64,000 bases of DNA from Eledone cirrhosa (GCA_964016885.1 OZ024741.1:69626001-69690000); one strand, 5' to 3'. Positions 1 through 11,493 are shown, counted from the stretch's first letter. Numbers and translations: made by a program. Notes: a model not told the origin generated them from the sequence alone.

Positions 1-77
1 ATTTCATCCCTTTTTCTTTATACTTCCACTCGTGTAGGACACCTCGGTTATTTTTCATTTTGTAAAAAAAACCTCAC

Positions 78-83
<6 letters not shown>

Positions 84-133
<50 letters not shown>
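84..133. repeat. (TA)n microsatellite; one of many such tracts flanking Penelope-like insertions
   Basis: Direct dinucleotide run; similar tracts at about 1350, 6727, 10608, 11590, 19140 and 33098. Confidence 0.95.
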
Positions 134-136
<3 letters not shown>

Positions 137-357
137 TTAAAATAACAGATTAAAGTTTAAGCAAAGAATCGCTGCTTTCACCCTTAACGGGATCCCGTCT
201 TTCCACAAACGAGCGTATTTTCAACGACCATTCCACTTATTACAATGAAGCTCTTGCTCGAAGTGGATTTGTCGATAAGGTAGCACATACAGAGTACGAA
301 AATAGACCTAGAAGAAATAGATCCCGTCGCATTTGTTGGTATAACCCACCATATAAT

Positions 358-1008
358 ATGGAGGTGGCCACACCATTAGCTAAGATCTTTCTTTCCCTTA
401 TTACGAAGCATTTTCCCCCTACACATAAATATAGTAACATTTTTAATAGAAATACTATTAAAATTTCTTACTCTACGACTCCTAACCTTGCACATAACAT
501 CACAGCTTCAAATTTAGCTAAACTACCTAGCCGTGGGAACACATGCAACCCTGTAGTTAGTACTAACTGTAATTGTAGGAATCGGGTTGATTGCCCCCTA
601 TCCGGGAAATGCCTCTCTAGTAACATTGTCCACAAATGTAACGTTGTAACACCCACGTCCCGTAGGGCCTACATAGGGTTAACCGCCAATAGATTCAAGC
701 AGCGTCTTTACACGCATACACATTCTTTTCGTTACCCTCTAAGAAGGAATATGACGTCACTTTCAGCTTATACCTGGAGTCTAAAAGACAACCACACCCA
801 ATATAAGTTACACTGGGAGATCCTAGCTAAGGCTAGATCGTATAACGGAAATAAAAGACCATGTGACCTCTGCGCCGCTGAGGCCCTGGAAATACTCTAC
901 GCCACAGACCACATCTTAAACCAAAAATCTGAGGCAATTTCGGCTTGTAAACATAAATTGCACAACACTTTCCTGTATTACAGCGTCACGTTATACCTTA
1001 ATGGATAG
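358..1008 (+). CDS. C-terminal linker and GIY-YIG endonuclease of a Naiad-type Penelope-like element (partial; the frame is open upstream of the listed start)
   Basis: Motifs FNRNTIKISYSTTPN, CNCRxxxxCPLSGKC, YIGLT..FKQRLYTH, CDLC..E, LNQKSE..SACKH. Confidence 0.9.
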   Translation: MEVATPLAKIFLSLITKHFPPTHKYSNIFNRNTIKISYSTTPNLAHNITASNLAKLPSRGNTCNPVVSTNCNCRNRVDCPLSGKCLSSNIVHKCNVVTPTSRRAYIGLTANRFKQRLYTHTHSFRYPLRRNMTSLSAYTWSLKDNHTQYKLHWEILAKARSYNGNKRPCDLCAAEALEILYATDHILNQKSEAISACKHKLHNTFLYYSVTLYLNG

Positions 1009-1186
1009 TACGATCTATACGTGGATATTTTACGTCTTGATGTGAGAGCTAAGTATATGTTTTGTTTATACCATTACTTATTTGCATAGCGAACGTTTCC
1101 ACGAACCAAAGTATCGTCTTCCTGTCTTCCTCCGGTTGCAACGTTTTTTGAAATATCCACTTCTGCGTTTACAGATTGACTTTGTT

Positions 1187-1237
1187 AGTTTCAGAAGATC
1201 CCGTTAAGGGTGAAAGCAGCGATTCTTTGCTTAAACT
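1187..1237 (+). ncRNA. Type I hammerhead-like ribozyme in the pLTR, variant core CAGAAGA
   Basis: Stem I AGTTT/AAACT; core CAGAAGA; stem II CCC-GTTAA-GGG; GAA; stem III AGCAG/TTGCT; predicted CUU cleavage after 1232. Confidence 0.75.
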
Positions 1238-1347
1238 TTAATCTGTTATTTTAATAAATATTTGCTCTACGGTTCTCATATATTTGATATATATTTATCC
1301 TTATCGAGCCCTCTTTGGATTTTAGTCTTGAAATTTATTATTATTAC

Positions 1348-1387
<40 letters not shown>

Positions 1388-1409
1388 GCAAACCTCTCTC
1401 TCTATATAT

Positions 1410-2070
1410 ATAGTAATAATAATAAATTTGAAGACTAAAATCCAAAGAGGGCTCAATAAGGATAAATATATATCAAATATATAAGAACCCTAGAGCAAAT
1501 ATTTATTAAAATAACAAATTAAAGTTTAAGCAAAGAATCGCTGCTTTCACCCTTAACGGGATCTTCTGAAACTAAAAGAATCAATCTGTGAACGCAGAAG
1601 CAAATATTTCGAAAAACGTTGCAACCGAAGGAAAACAGGAAGACGATACTTTGGTTCGTGGAGACGTTCCCTGGCAATAAACGGAAATAAAGCGAAGCTA
1701 ATACGTCATTATGTGGATCGATGAGAACAATTACACACAAAGAGAAAACCACATTTATGGTATAAATAAAGTCGTAGACTAATATTCTATTTAGGAAACC
1801 GAATGATTCTCGGCTTCAGAGTTAAGAATAAATAAATTACAGGGGTTATTGAAATCAACAATAATTAAATATATACATACACGCATCCATATATGTATAC
1901 ACATGCATACGCGAAAACACCCGCCATGGTATGCATATACAAGCATGTACACAAAAGCACGCGCACACATACAAAAACACGCGCAACACCCGTACCCGCA
2001 CACATACGAATGTATACACCAAATACACATAAAAAAATATAAAAAAAATTATTTGGCTCCCTCGGTTGAG
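1410..2070 (-). mobile_element. Inverted pLTR and 3' UTR of the same Naiad family, lying upstream of the RT fragment
   Basis: Reverse complement of about 9810-10605; contains the ribozyme copy at 1523-1573. Confidence 0.88.
1523..1573 (-). ncRNA. Hammerhead-like ribozyme copy (CAGAAGA core)
   Basis: Reverse complement of 1187-1237. Confidence 0.72.
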
Positions 2071-2093
2071 CACTCTATTGACTTATATTCATC

Positions 2094-2865
2094 ATGCAGA
2101 AACAACATCTGAATATTTCTACAAAGAACATACCCGTACCAAGCAGGAAGACATACCTAAAACTCCTGATACAGAAAACAGACTCGTTCATTAAAAGGTT
2201 GCGTTGGCGTGCCTTTTATTTCGATAATCAGGAAAAAGCGGACAATAAACAGGATAAATTTGGGTTTAAAACTTATAATAACCCTCCGAGTAACCCAGCA
2301 TTGCTACCCTTCGAAAATGATGTCTTGGAACTCATACGGAGTATCAAATTTCGGAATAGGTGCAATTCCTTCCAGCAGGACCTGAAGAATAGAATTCGTT
2401 CTATTAAGGATTCTAATGCCGTGCACGTCCACTCCGACAAAACTGGCAATCTATATCAAGTGAAGCGCAGTACTTACCATCAACTGTTACATAATGTTGT
2501 AACTAAGGATTACCGTAAAACTAATCGGAGTGTCATTAATGACATCAACGATGCTGGATTTAAAATCACCTCTGAACTCAACATCCAGGACCGGACTGAA
2601 CCTCTGGACTCCTTTTCTCCCCACTTTACCCTGAAGGATCACAAACCCAATTTCCCAACAACCCCTCTATATGGCTTATTAACCCTACGAAGTCCGATTT
2701 AGGTAGACTTAGTAAAAGGATTTTAGATAGAATTATACCTGAAATTAGAAGCTTGTCCCCCCCCCCCCCCGCTGCACTGTGGAACAATTCTTTGATTGGT
2801 TCAACGGCAAGGAACATTGCCGTTTTATCCAATTCGACATCAATAATTACTATTCCTCCATCACT
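2094..2865 (+). pseudogene. N-terminal part of a Naiad-type Penelope reverse transcriptase ORF, frameshifted and truncated
   Basis: STKNIPVPS...FIKRLRWRAFYF, SDKTGNLY, FTLKDHKPNF; then in another frame WFNGKEHCRFIQFDINNYYSSIT. Confidence 0.88.
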
Positions 2866-4228
2866 TTATTTTGCTTGTCGGCACCATATCGTGGAGCGTA
2901 TCTTGTGTGCAGTATGGCAACAACTATTCGGAGCAATGTCCAGTCCAGATACCCCAGAGTTCAAGCAGTTCAAAAAAGATTGGGTGTCACTCACAGACAA
3001 GACCAACTTTAAAACATTGAACATTGTCGACCGGAGACTCAAGCGTCTGTGTTCTGAGAACATCAACTTCCTCCAAGATTTGCTGACATCCGACGATGGG
3101 AAAATGAGTTCTCTTCCACGGGACGACTACCGAGAATGTGCCGAGTTGATGTTGATCTTGTTTGGTCTCACCCCTCCTCGTGGAATACTTTGGATGCTGC
3201 CTGGTGCACATCATAACGCTCGGTGGATGTCCACAATCATCTATAGTGCAAAGATGTATGCATTTGGTAAGCGACTCAATTACGATCAAGCTAAAATGGA
3301 AAAGTTGCGCCGGATCTGTATGTTTCAATGCTCTGCTCTACGTGCGATACTGGCTGACAACAGTCAAGTGTGCTGATGCACCATCCAATGACCTTCAATT
3401 CTACGTGGAGTTGACACAGTACAGTAAGGTTGACAGAGATCTCTCGCAGGCAGCCACTACTGCTCTGAGCAGGTATCTTTGGTACCTGACGGAGGAAGCC
3501 ATTCCGCTAGCTGTTTTCAAGTCGGGTCCAAGAGTCCGAGAAGAAACAAATAGCCCAATGTCTTGTCAAAACGAAAACGTCTGGGCCTCTCGACCATGGT
3601 GCTCCAGTATTTCCCGAGTTGAAGTCGTACACGAAGCTGCCTCATCTAGTTGAGAAGAAATCAAGGCTTCTGTTCGATCTCCTTGGTCTCGACGATACTT
3701 GGCTTGAGCTGTCACCTGCAACTTGGTCATCACAAGCGTCATATCAAAATGCCTGTGCTGTTGTTCACAATATCAAGGTAGTCAACGATCTGCCGGAGAG
3801 AGCAGTTAAGTTGATAACTGATTTTATTGCCATCACCAAGAATGAGGAGGAGAAGCAGTGTGTTCTTCAGGTCGAAGCTTATCGTCGCAAGGTCCCGGAT
3901 TTCAAAAAAGAAACCCTGAAAAACATATGACTGGAGTTAACGTAACTGAACTTGTTTCTTCCTTGTACGCCTTTGTATTCAAAGCTGGTTTACTAAATAT
4001 AATGGATTAATAAAATAAACAATTATTGCATGGTCATATTTGGTTTCACATTTTCATGATTTCATGCAACATAATCACACTTTCCACTATAATCACCATG
4101 ATATAGGCAAGACTCAAAATAATTTATTTTATACAAAATATGTTTTATTTTACCAATTGGCGCATTTATAATGGGAAAATATACAGGGAGCGTTAGTATT
4201 GAGACCTTGCTTTTTATGGCACACTCTA
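2866..4228 (+). mobile_element. 3' half of a hATm-like DNA transposon with a frameshifted transposase pseudogene (2866-3930)
   Basis: ACRHH, PRDDYRE, PGAHHNARWM, LWYLTEE, VVNDLPERAV motifs over three frames; ends GGCACACTCTA (TAGAGTG-type terminus). Subfamily call is from recall of such motifs. Confidence 0.72.
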
Positions 4229-4238
4229 ATATATATAT

Positions 4239-4239
4239 A

Positions 4240-4295
<56 letters not shown>
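4239..4295. repeat. (GT)n microsatellite
   Basis: Direct sequence. Confidence 0.95.
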
Positions 4296-4297
<2 letters not shown>

Positions 4298-4542
4298 TGT
4301 CAGTGTGTATAATACCGGATGTATTGGTTACATCAGGGTTTCTCAACCGGAGGTCCATGAAAAAATTTGTTTTCAAAGAAAATATCTGAAGTTTTAGAAA
4401 AAGAAAACAAAATTTAAAATATAACAAAAACAAACAATTAACGAAAGTAGTTGGTCAAAAAAATCAAATGAAATGATGCTTGAGAGAAGCAATAATAACT
4501 ACAACCAGAATCAGTGGTGACGAAATGTAAATATATATATTA

Positions 4543-4746
4543 CTAGTTGGCCCATCCGGCTGGCGCCTGGCTAGGTATACCTGCCCCCACCACTCCACTG
4601 CAAAGATACCACACACCCTCCCGTGTTACATTGTCCTTCCGACTCTCTCTCTCTCTGTCTAACGGCCTATCTATTCCCCCCCCCCCTCTGTTTTTCTGTC
4701 TTTCTCTGTAGATGTATGTGTGCAGTTTTCCTAATCTTTCTCTAAA

Positions 4747-4795
<49 letters not shown>

Positions 4796-6467
4796 ATATT
4801 GAAGTGAGATACGGAAACTAAAACAGTGTTGTCATATGGAGAGTGAAGAGCGATAGAGAGAGAGTAAAGCAGTTAAATTATAGAGAGGGGGAATGGTCTA
4901 TTATAGAGAGAGGGAAGAGCGACGGAGAGAGTAAAGCTAAGAAACTATAGGGAGGTGTGTAGGATACATACATACATAATACATACATGCGACGCTCAGC
5001 TCTCTCTCTCTCTCTCTGTATATATTGAAGTGAGATACGGAAACTAAAACAGTGTTGTCATATGGAGAGTGAAGAGCGACAGAGAGAGTAAAGCAGTTAA
5101 ATTATAGAGAGGGGAATGATCTATTATAGAGAGAGGAAAGAGCGACGGAGAGAGTAAANNNNNNNNNNNNNNNNNNNNNNNNNNNNNNNNNNNNNNNNNN
5201 NNNNNNNNNNNNNNNNNNNNNNNNNNNNNNNNNNNNNNNNNNNNNNNNNNNNNNNNNNNNNNNNNNNNNNNNNNNNNNNNNNNNNNNNNNNNNNNNNNNN
5301 NNNNNNNNNNNNNNNNNNNNNNNNNNNNNNNNNNNNNNNNNNNNNNNNNNNNNNNNNNTCTTACATACATACATACATATAAAGTATAGATGTGTGTGTG
5401 TATGTGTGTGTTTGTGTATGTGTATGTGTGTTTGTGCATGTGTGTGTCTGTGTGTTTTGTTTTGATGTTATCCGGGCAATTGGCGAAATCAGGTGTGAAA
5501 GTATGTGCATTTGTGTGTATGTGTGTTACTTATGCGAGCGACGACAGAAAAAAGTGTGTGGGATACATACATTATTATATTTGTCTGTATTTTCGTTCTG
5601 CAACCATTATATTATGATATTTGTATCCAAATGATTTTAGATGTATGTATTACCTTCTTGCCCGTCCCTCTGTTTCTCTTTCCCTTCCTCTCTCTCTCTC
5701 TTTGGATGTGTGTGTATGTAGTTTTCCTAATCTGTCTCTTTCACTCTCTGTCTCTCTAAGAGGTTGCTTTTGATGTATGTATTACCTGCTTGTGTGTTGA
5801 CCGAATTTGAAGGAGGTTATCCTTTTGAAATAAACATACATACGACCTCATCTCAATGTTGATATATTGAAGGTAGATATGGAAAGTAAAAGAGTGTTGT
5901 CATTTAGAGAGTGAAGAGAGACAAAGAGTAAAGCAGTTAAATTATAGAGGGTGAAAGAGGGAGAGAGAGACGACGCTCAGCTTTATAATATTAGAGAGTG
6001 AAGAGCGACAGAGAGAGTAAAGCAGTTAAATTATAGAGAGGGGAAATGATCTATTATAGAGAGAGGGAAGAGCGACGGAGAGAGTAAAGTTAAGAAACTA
6101 TAGGGAGGTGTGTAGGATACATACGTGTTGACCGAATTTACATACGACGCTCATCTCTACGGAAAGTAAAAGAGTGTTGTCATATAGAGAGTGAAGAGAG
6201 ACAGAGAGTAAAGCAGTTAAATTATCGAGAGGGTGAAAGAGGGAGAGAGAGAGGGAAAGACGACGCTCAGCTTTATAATATTTGAGAGTGAAGAGCAACT
6301 GAGAGAGTAAAGCATTTAAATTATAGAGAGGGGAATGATCTATTATAGAGAGAGGGAAGAGCGACGGAGAGAGTAAAGCTAAGAAACTATAGGGAAGGTG
6401 TGTAGGATACATACATACATAATACACACGACACTCAGCTTTATAATATTATAGATAGGTAGATAGA
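4543..6467 (-). mobile_element. Probable non-autonomous Helitron with internal GA-rich tandem duplications, spanning an assembly gap
   Basis: Minus strand starts TCTATCTACCTATCTATAATATTATAAAGCTGAG and ends with a GC-rich imperfect hairpin then CTAG|T at 4543. Confidence 0.6.
5159..5358. other. Assembly gap (200 N)
   Basis: Run of n. Confidence 1.
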
Positions 6468-6474
6468 TTATATA

Positions 6475-6597
6475 GGCGACGAATTAGCAGAGTCGGATAG
6501 AATGCTATATGGTATTCGTTTCGGCTCTCTGAGTTCAAATCACAGCCAGAATCAGGTCGATAAAAAGTCCTAGTGTAGTACTGGAGTCGATTCTTCT
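6475..6597 (+). mobile_element. Degenerate tRNA-derived SINE
   Basis: CTGAGTTCAAATC B-box-like motif and GGTCGATAAAAAGT; similar to 13995-14225. Confidence 0.65.
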
Positions 6598-6725
6598 TCG
6601 TATGTCTATACGGCGCCCCTATGTATATATACATATATACACACAAGAATATTGTCTTCGGAATATTTTTATGATTCGAATGAAACAGTTCTAGACCTGT
6701 AGAAGCCATTTCTATATTAAATTTG

Positions 6726-6804
<79 letters not shown>

Positions 6805-7030
6805 ACTTGTCGTCGTTTCGCGGTGTCAGATACTACCTGTAAGTGCGCCTAGTTGTTTCAGCGCCATAATCTCAAAATTTTCCGTTGACCTTTGTGATGT
6901 GCGGCCGATTGTCGCACTTGGTGGTGAATTCATGGTCGTTTTTTGTTTGTTTTTCTTTCTCTCGCTTTGGTCATATATTTTGATGCATTGTATTTGTAAG
7001 GTTCCTAGCATTAGTTAATTGTATTTATTA

Positions 7031-8960
7031 CTAGCAGAATGGCCCGGCGTTGCTCGGGATTCTAAACATAGATTGGCATGTTTATCCCTCCTTTCTGAAA
7101 CAGTACAGAGAAGTACGGAATACCTTGGCATGGGGATGGTGTCTACATACATTTTGTGCTTATAAAAAAAATTCGTCGTAGATTACCAGGGGTTTAACTT
7201 AATTGGGTGCCTGAGAGTAAAATGTTCAACCCACGAAAGCCAAGACGATAGGGTTAAGTAAAAAGGCATTCGACAAACCGAACATGTATTTGTTGTGCTA
7301 TGGTACAATGAAAGCAATAGTTACAGAGCAGTAAGCATGTGGGACTGCAGTGGTGGAGAGTGGTGTGGTCTTACTCCTTTCAATGTTTCGTCGTATGTTC
7401 ACCAATTGATGCAGAAGTCCTAATAAAAAGTGAAGTCGCAAATAATTTTCCATTACGATTTTTCGAAAGCATGTAATTGCGTTCCTCCTCTTTTTTGTTG
7501 TTGTTTTTGCTGCTGTTGGTGTGATAGCAGCCGTTGGTCGTACTACTAACACAGTCTCGTCCTTCTTCAGCCAATCGAGTATATCCCTTTCTGCCTCGTC
7601 TACCTAAAAAGTGAAGCGATTTAGGGTATGTTGGGAATAGAATTACAACACGAATGTTAAAGAAAAGGGGAAGTACGTACATTTCTCCTTGTTGCTTTGA
7701 TTGTAGCACCTCCTTGTACACAATGTTCCTTGTTCTTCCGTGTAGGGCATATGCAAAGAGATTTGTCTTGCTTCCCACTCTTGAGCAGCCAACGTATAGT
7801 TGCCCGTGTGAAAAACATGACTCTTCCAAAAGAAGACCAGCAACAGCTAGGGTCTGACCCTGGGATTTGTTGATAGACATTGCAAAGCTGACACGAATTG
7901 GAAATTGAGGCCTCCGAAAGGAAAATGGAATGGCCACTCCTGATGGAATGAGAGGAACTCGTGGAATGAATACATCGTCCCCTTGTCCACTTCCCGAAAG
8001 AATAGTAACCTCGATAAGATGGGGCAGCAATTTTATTTACAACCAGTCGTGTGCCGTTGCATAGCTTTGGTGGCTCCAGATTCCGAAGCAGCGTTATTGG
8101 AATTCCTTTCTTGAGCCGTAATATGTGTGGAGGAAGACCTGGAGGGTCCAATGAGTTCAGAAATACGGTGGGATAGTTTACCGCCTCGTTGTGATCTTGA
8201 CGCATAGAGTTACGGTCCTTGCCATTCTGAGTTCAAATCCCGCCGAGGTTTACTTTGCCTTTCATCCTTACGGGGTCGATAAAATAAAGTACCAGTAATG
8301 CACTGGGTAATTACTGGCCTTGTGCCAAAAGTAGAAACAATTATGATCTATCATTGTGTCAATGGACTTGCATATGTGAAGATGTCCTGGCAGAGATAGC
8401 GTTAGCTGGTCGTTCAGCTTGTTAACGGCGGTGTTCTTTGGAGCCAATATTGCCCTATTGCAGTTTTCCGCTGAGGCTCTGGAAATACTATACGCCAAAG
8501 TTTTCTTGCAAATTTGGGAATACTTTGTCTTTGAGCTCCTCGATAGACGAAACAACGGTACAAAGTGGCCAGATCTCCATTTCCCCTTCCGCGTTAACAG
8601 GCACACTACCGTCGCCAAGTGCCAAAACATCTTTAGCAAACTGGGAAGACAGTTGGTTACCGTGAAGTCGAGCTCTCATTTAGTGGAAAGAGTGAGAGTT
8701 GTAACATGTCGCCATAACGGTGAGGACTTAAGGCACGCGTGTACTTCATCAGCCCTTGTGCCTTTAGGAATGACAGGAAGAGTCTGCCTAAAGTCGCCAG
8801 ACAGCAAAAGCGTTGCACCGCCCATTGGAGCCTGACAGTCTCTGATATCCTTCAGGGTTCTATCTAATGCCTCTAGGCCTCCTTTGTGAGCCATAGTGCA
8901 CTCATCCCATACGATAAGAATACACCGTCGGAGGATTTGCCCTTGGTCTGAACTCTTTCG
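7031..8960 (-). mobile_element. 3' portion of an autonomous-type Helitron; Pif1-like helicase pseudogene at about 7690-8960
   Basis: [72 protein letters not shown]; 3' hairpin CCCGAGCAACGCCGGG followed by CTAG|T at 7031. Confidence 0.93.
8198..8343 (+). mobile_element. 5'-truncated tRNA-derived SINE (Meta-SINE-like central domain) inserted in the helicase, 6-bp TSD TGATCT
   Basis: GAGTTCAAATCC and GCCTTTCATCCTTACGGGGTCGATAAAATAAAGTACC; TGATCT at 8192-8197 and 8344-8349; removing it restores [16 protein letters not shown]. Confidence 0.9.
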
Positions 8961-9013
8961 CCCCTCTCTCTCTCTCTCTGTATATATATATATTTATTAA
9001 AATAACAGATTAA

Positions 9014-9064
9014 AGTTTAAGCAAAGAATCGCTGCTTTCACCCTTAATGGGATCTTCTGAAACT
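9014..9064 (-). ncRNA. Hammerhead-like ribozyme copy (CAGAAGA core)
   Basis: Reverse complement of 1187-1237 with one change in loop II. Confidence 0.72.
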
Positions 9065-10442
9065 AATAGATTCAAGCAGCGTCTTTACATGCATACCGAT
9101 TCTTTTCGTTACCCTTTAAGAAGGAATATGACGTCACTTTCAGCTTATATCTGGAGTCTAAAAGACAACCACACCCAATATAAGTTACACTGGGAGATCC
9201 TAGCTAAGGCTAGATCGTATAACGGAAATAAAAGACCATGTGACCCCTGCGCCGCTGAGGCTCTGGAAATACTATACGCCAAAGACCACATCTTAAACAA
9301 AAAATCTGAGGCAATTTCGGCTTGTAAACATAAATTGCACAAAACTTTCCTGTATTACAATCCCACATTATACCCTAACGGATAGTACGAACTATACGCG
9401 GATATTTTACGTCTTGATGTGGTAGCTAAGTATATGTTATGTTTATACCATTACTTATTTGTATAGGTAAGTATATATTACCTGTATGTTTTGTGAAGGT
9501 ACATATACTTTCTCGTACGTATATTTGATTGTATATGTTATGGCGTATATATTATATATTCTGGTACATATGCTTTTGGTTATGTGTATACGTGAGTTTG
9601 CGTCTGTGTGAGTATGCGGGTTCGTACGTATGTAGGGTGTGTGTATATATGTACTTCGTGTTTTGGTTGACGTTCGTCTCCGAACATATGTGTATTTACA
9701 TGTAGGTATGTGTGTGCGCTTGTTATATACGTATTTATTTATTTATATACGTTTATTGAATTATATGTATACACGCACACACACACATATATATATATTT
9801 TTATTTTTATATATATTTTTATGTGTATTTGGTGTATACATTCGTATGCGTGCGGGTACAGGCGTTGCGTGGGTTCTGTATGGGCGTGCATATTTTTTTT
9901 TGGGGGGGGGGGGGGGGGGGGTACGTGCGTTTATTTGTATACCTATGGCGAGTGTTTTCGCGTATGGCTTGTGTATGTACGTATATGGATGCCTGTATGT
10001 ATTTATTTAATTTCAATTACCTCTGTATTTTATTTACTTTATTCTTAACTCTGAAGCCGAGAATCATTCGGTTTTCCTAGTTAGAATTTTAGTCTACGAC
10101 TTCAGTTATACCATTTACGTGGTCTTGTCTTTGTGTGCAATTGTTCTTTCCAGCTCCACATATGACGTATTATCTTCGTTTTTTCCGTTCATTTCCAGAG
10201 AACGTCTCTATGAACCACCTAATAGAATATTAGTCTACGACTTCTTTTTATACCATAAAATGTGGTTTTGTTGTTGCGTGTAATTGTTTTTCACCGCTCC
10301 AAATAATGACGTATTATATTCGTTTTTTTCCCGTTCTTTGCCAGGGAACGTTTCCACGAACCAAAGTATCGTCTTCCTGTCTTCCTCCGGTTGCAACGTT
10401 TTTTGAAATATTCACTTCTGCGTTCACAGATTGACCTTTGTT

Positions 10443-10493
10443 AGTTTCAGAAGATCCCGTTAAGGGTGAAAGCAGCGATTCTTTGCTTAAACT
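10443..10493 (+). ncRNA. Hammerhead-like ribozyme copy (CAGAAGA core)
   Basis: Same sequence as 1187-1237. Confidence 0.75.
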
Positions 10494-10603
10494 TTAATCT
10501 GTTATTTTAATAAATATTTGCTCTACGGTTCTTATATATTTGATATATATTTATCCTTATCGAGCCCTCTTTGTATTTTAGTCTTCAAATTTATTATTAT
10601 TAC

Positions 10604-10664
<61 letters not shown>

Positions 10665-10693
10665 AAAAAAGTATGACCCCGACGGCAGAGCTC

Positions 10694-10743
10694 AAGCCGT
10701 TTCGACGGCTATTTCAGTCCAGAAATAGCCGTCGAAACGGCTT
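10694..10743. repeat. Perfect 22-bp inverted repeat with a 6-nt loop
   Basis: AAGCCGTTTCGACGGCTATTTC-agtcca-GAAATAGCCGTCGAAACGGCTT. Confidence 0.95.
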
Positions 10744-11493
10744 AAACTCTGTGTAAAATGACTTGACCTCCGTGTATTTGTTACAATGGTATGGATATTT
10801 TTTTCAACTCGATTTTTTCAACACTATTTAGTTCTATATGATTTTTTCTTACCCTGTGTAAAAACTTTATACTATTTGTTAACCTTGAATTAATTATATA
10901 TATGATGTAATTTTGTATATCTTTTGATGCCAATATATTATAATATTGTTATTATAGTGTTATTATAATGTTTTCTATATTGTTTATGCACACTGACAGC
11001 GAATTATATATTATATTTTATTTTTATTTTTATCTTTATTCTTATTTTTATCTTTATTATATTATACTGTAAACAATATATACATATATATTTAAATACT
11101 TAATAAGTGTTAGTCTGTGTTTGTACTAATGTACATATGTATATATATATATATATAATATATATATTATATATATATATATATATTATACATATATTAA
11201 GCTTTTTATTATCACCATCTATTATACTATATTATATTCTATATCGTACTGTAATTCTCGCATTGTATTGCCATTTGTGTTTCAAGTTTTTGCATTATAT
11301 AATATTTACAATGTGGGTTCAACATGTTAATCACTTCCTTGCTATTTGGTCTATATCTATGTTTGTAACTGCTCGCTCTTAATCTTAGCCTACTTTTCCT
11401 TGATATCCTTCCTAGGCTTTAATAGATGTATACTCCATATTCTTCTGAGTTTTTAGCTTGTATTAGCCGATAGTATTTCTTGTAGCTTTACTT

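Larger units (their letters stand above)
134..1350 (+). mobile_element. 5'-truncated Penelope-like element (Naiad-type): short inverted pLTR, GIY-YIG region, direct 3' pLTR
   Basis: 134-194 is the reverse complement of the pLTR at about 1197-1260; GIY-YIG ORF lies between them; (TA)n on both sides. Confidence 0.9.
8990..10607 (+). mobile_element. 5'-truncated Naiad-type element: inverted pLTR piece (8990-9066), GIY-YIG C-terminus (9067-9385), TG/TA-rich 3' UTR, pLTR
   Basis: Near-identical to 688-1085 and 1090-1350; ends in (TA)n. Confidence 0.9.

Noticed and set aside
358-1008. Selenocysteine-encoding Naiad with SECIS
   Set aside because: Some Naiads encode Sec, but conserved Cys positions here are ordinary Cys codons, with no in-frame TGA and no SECIS recognised
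7690-8960. Host PIF1 gene
   Set aside because: Intronless and disrupted, and followed by the Helitron hairpin-CTAG terminus
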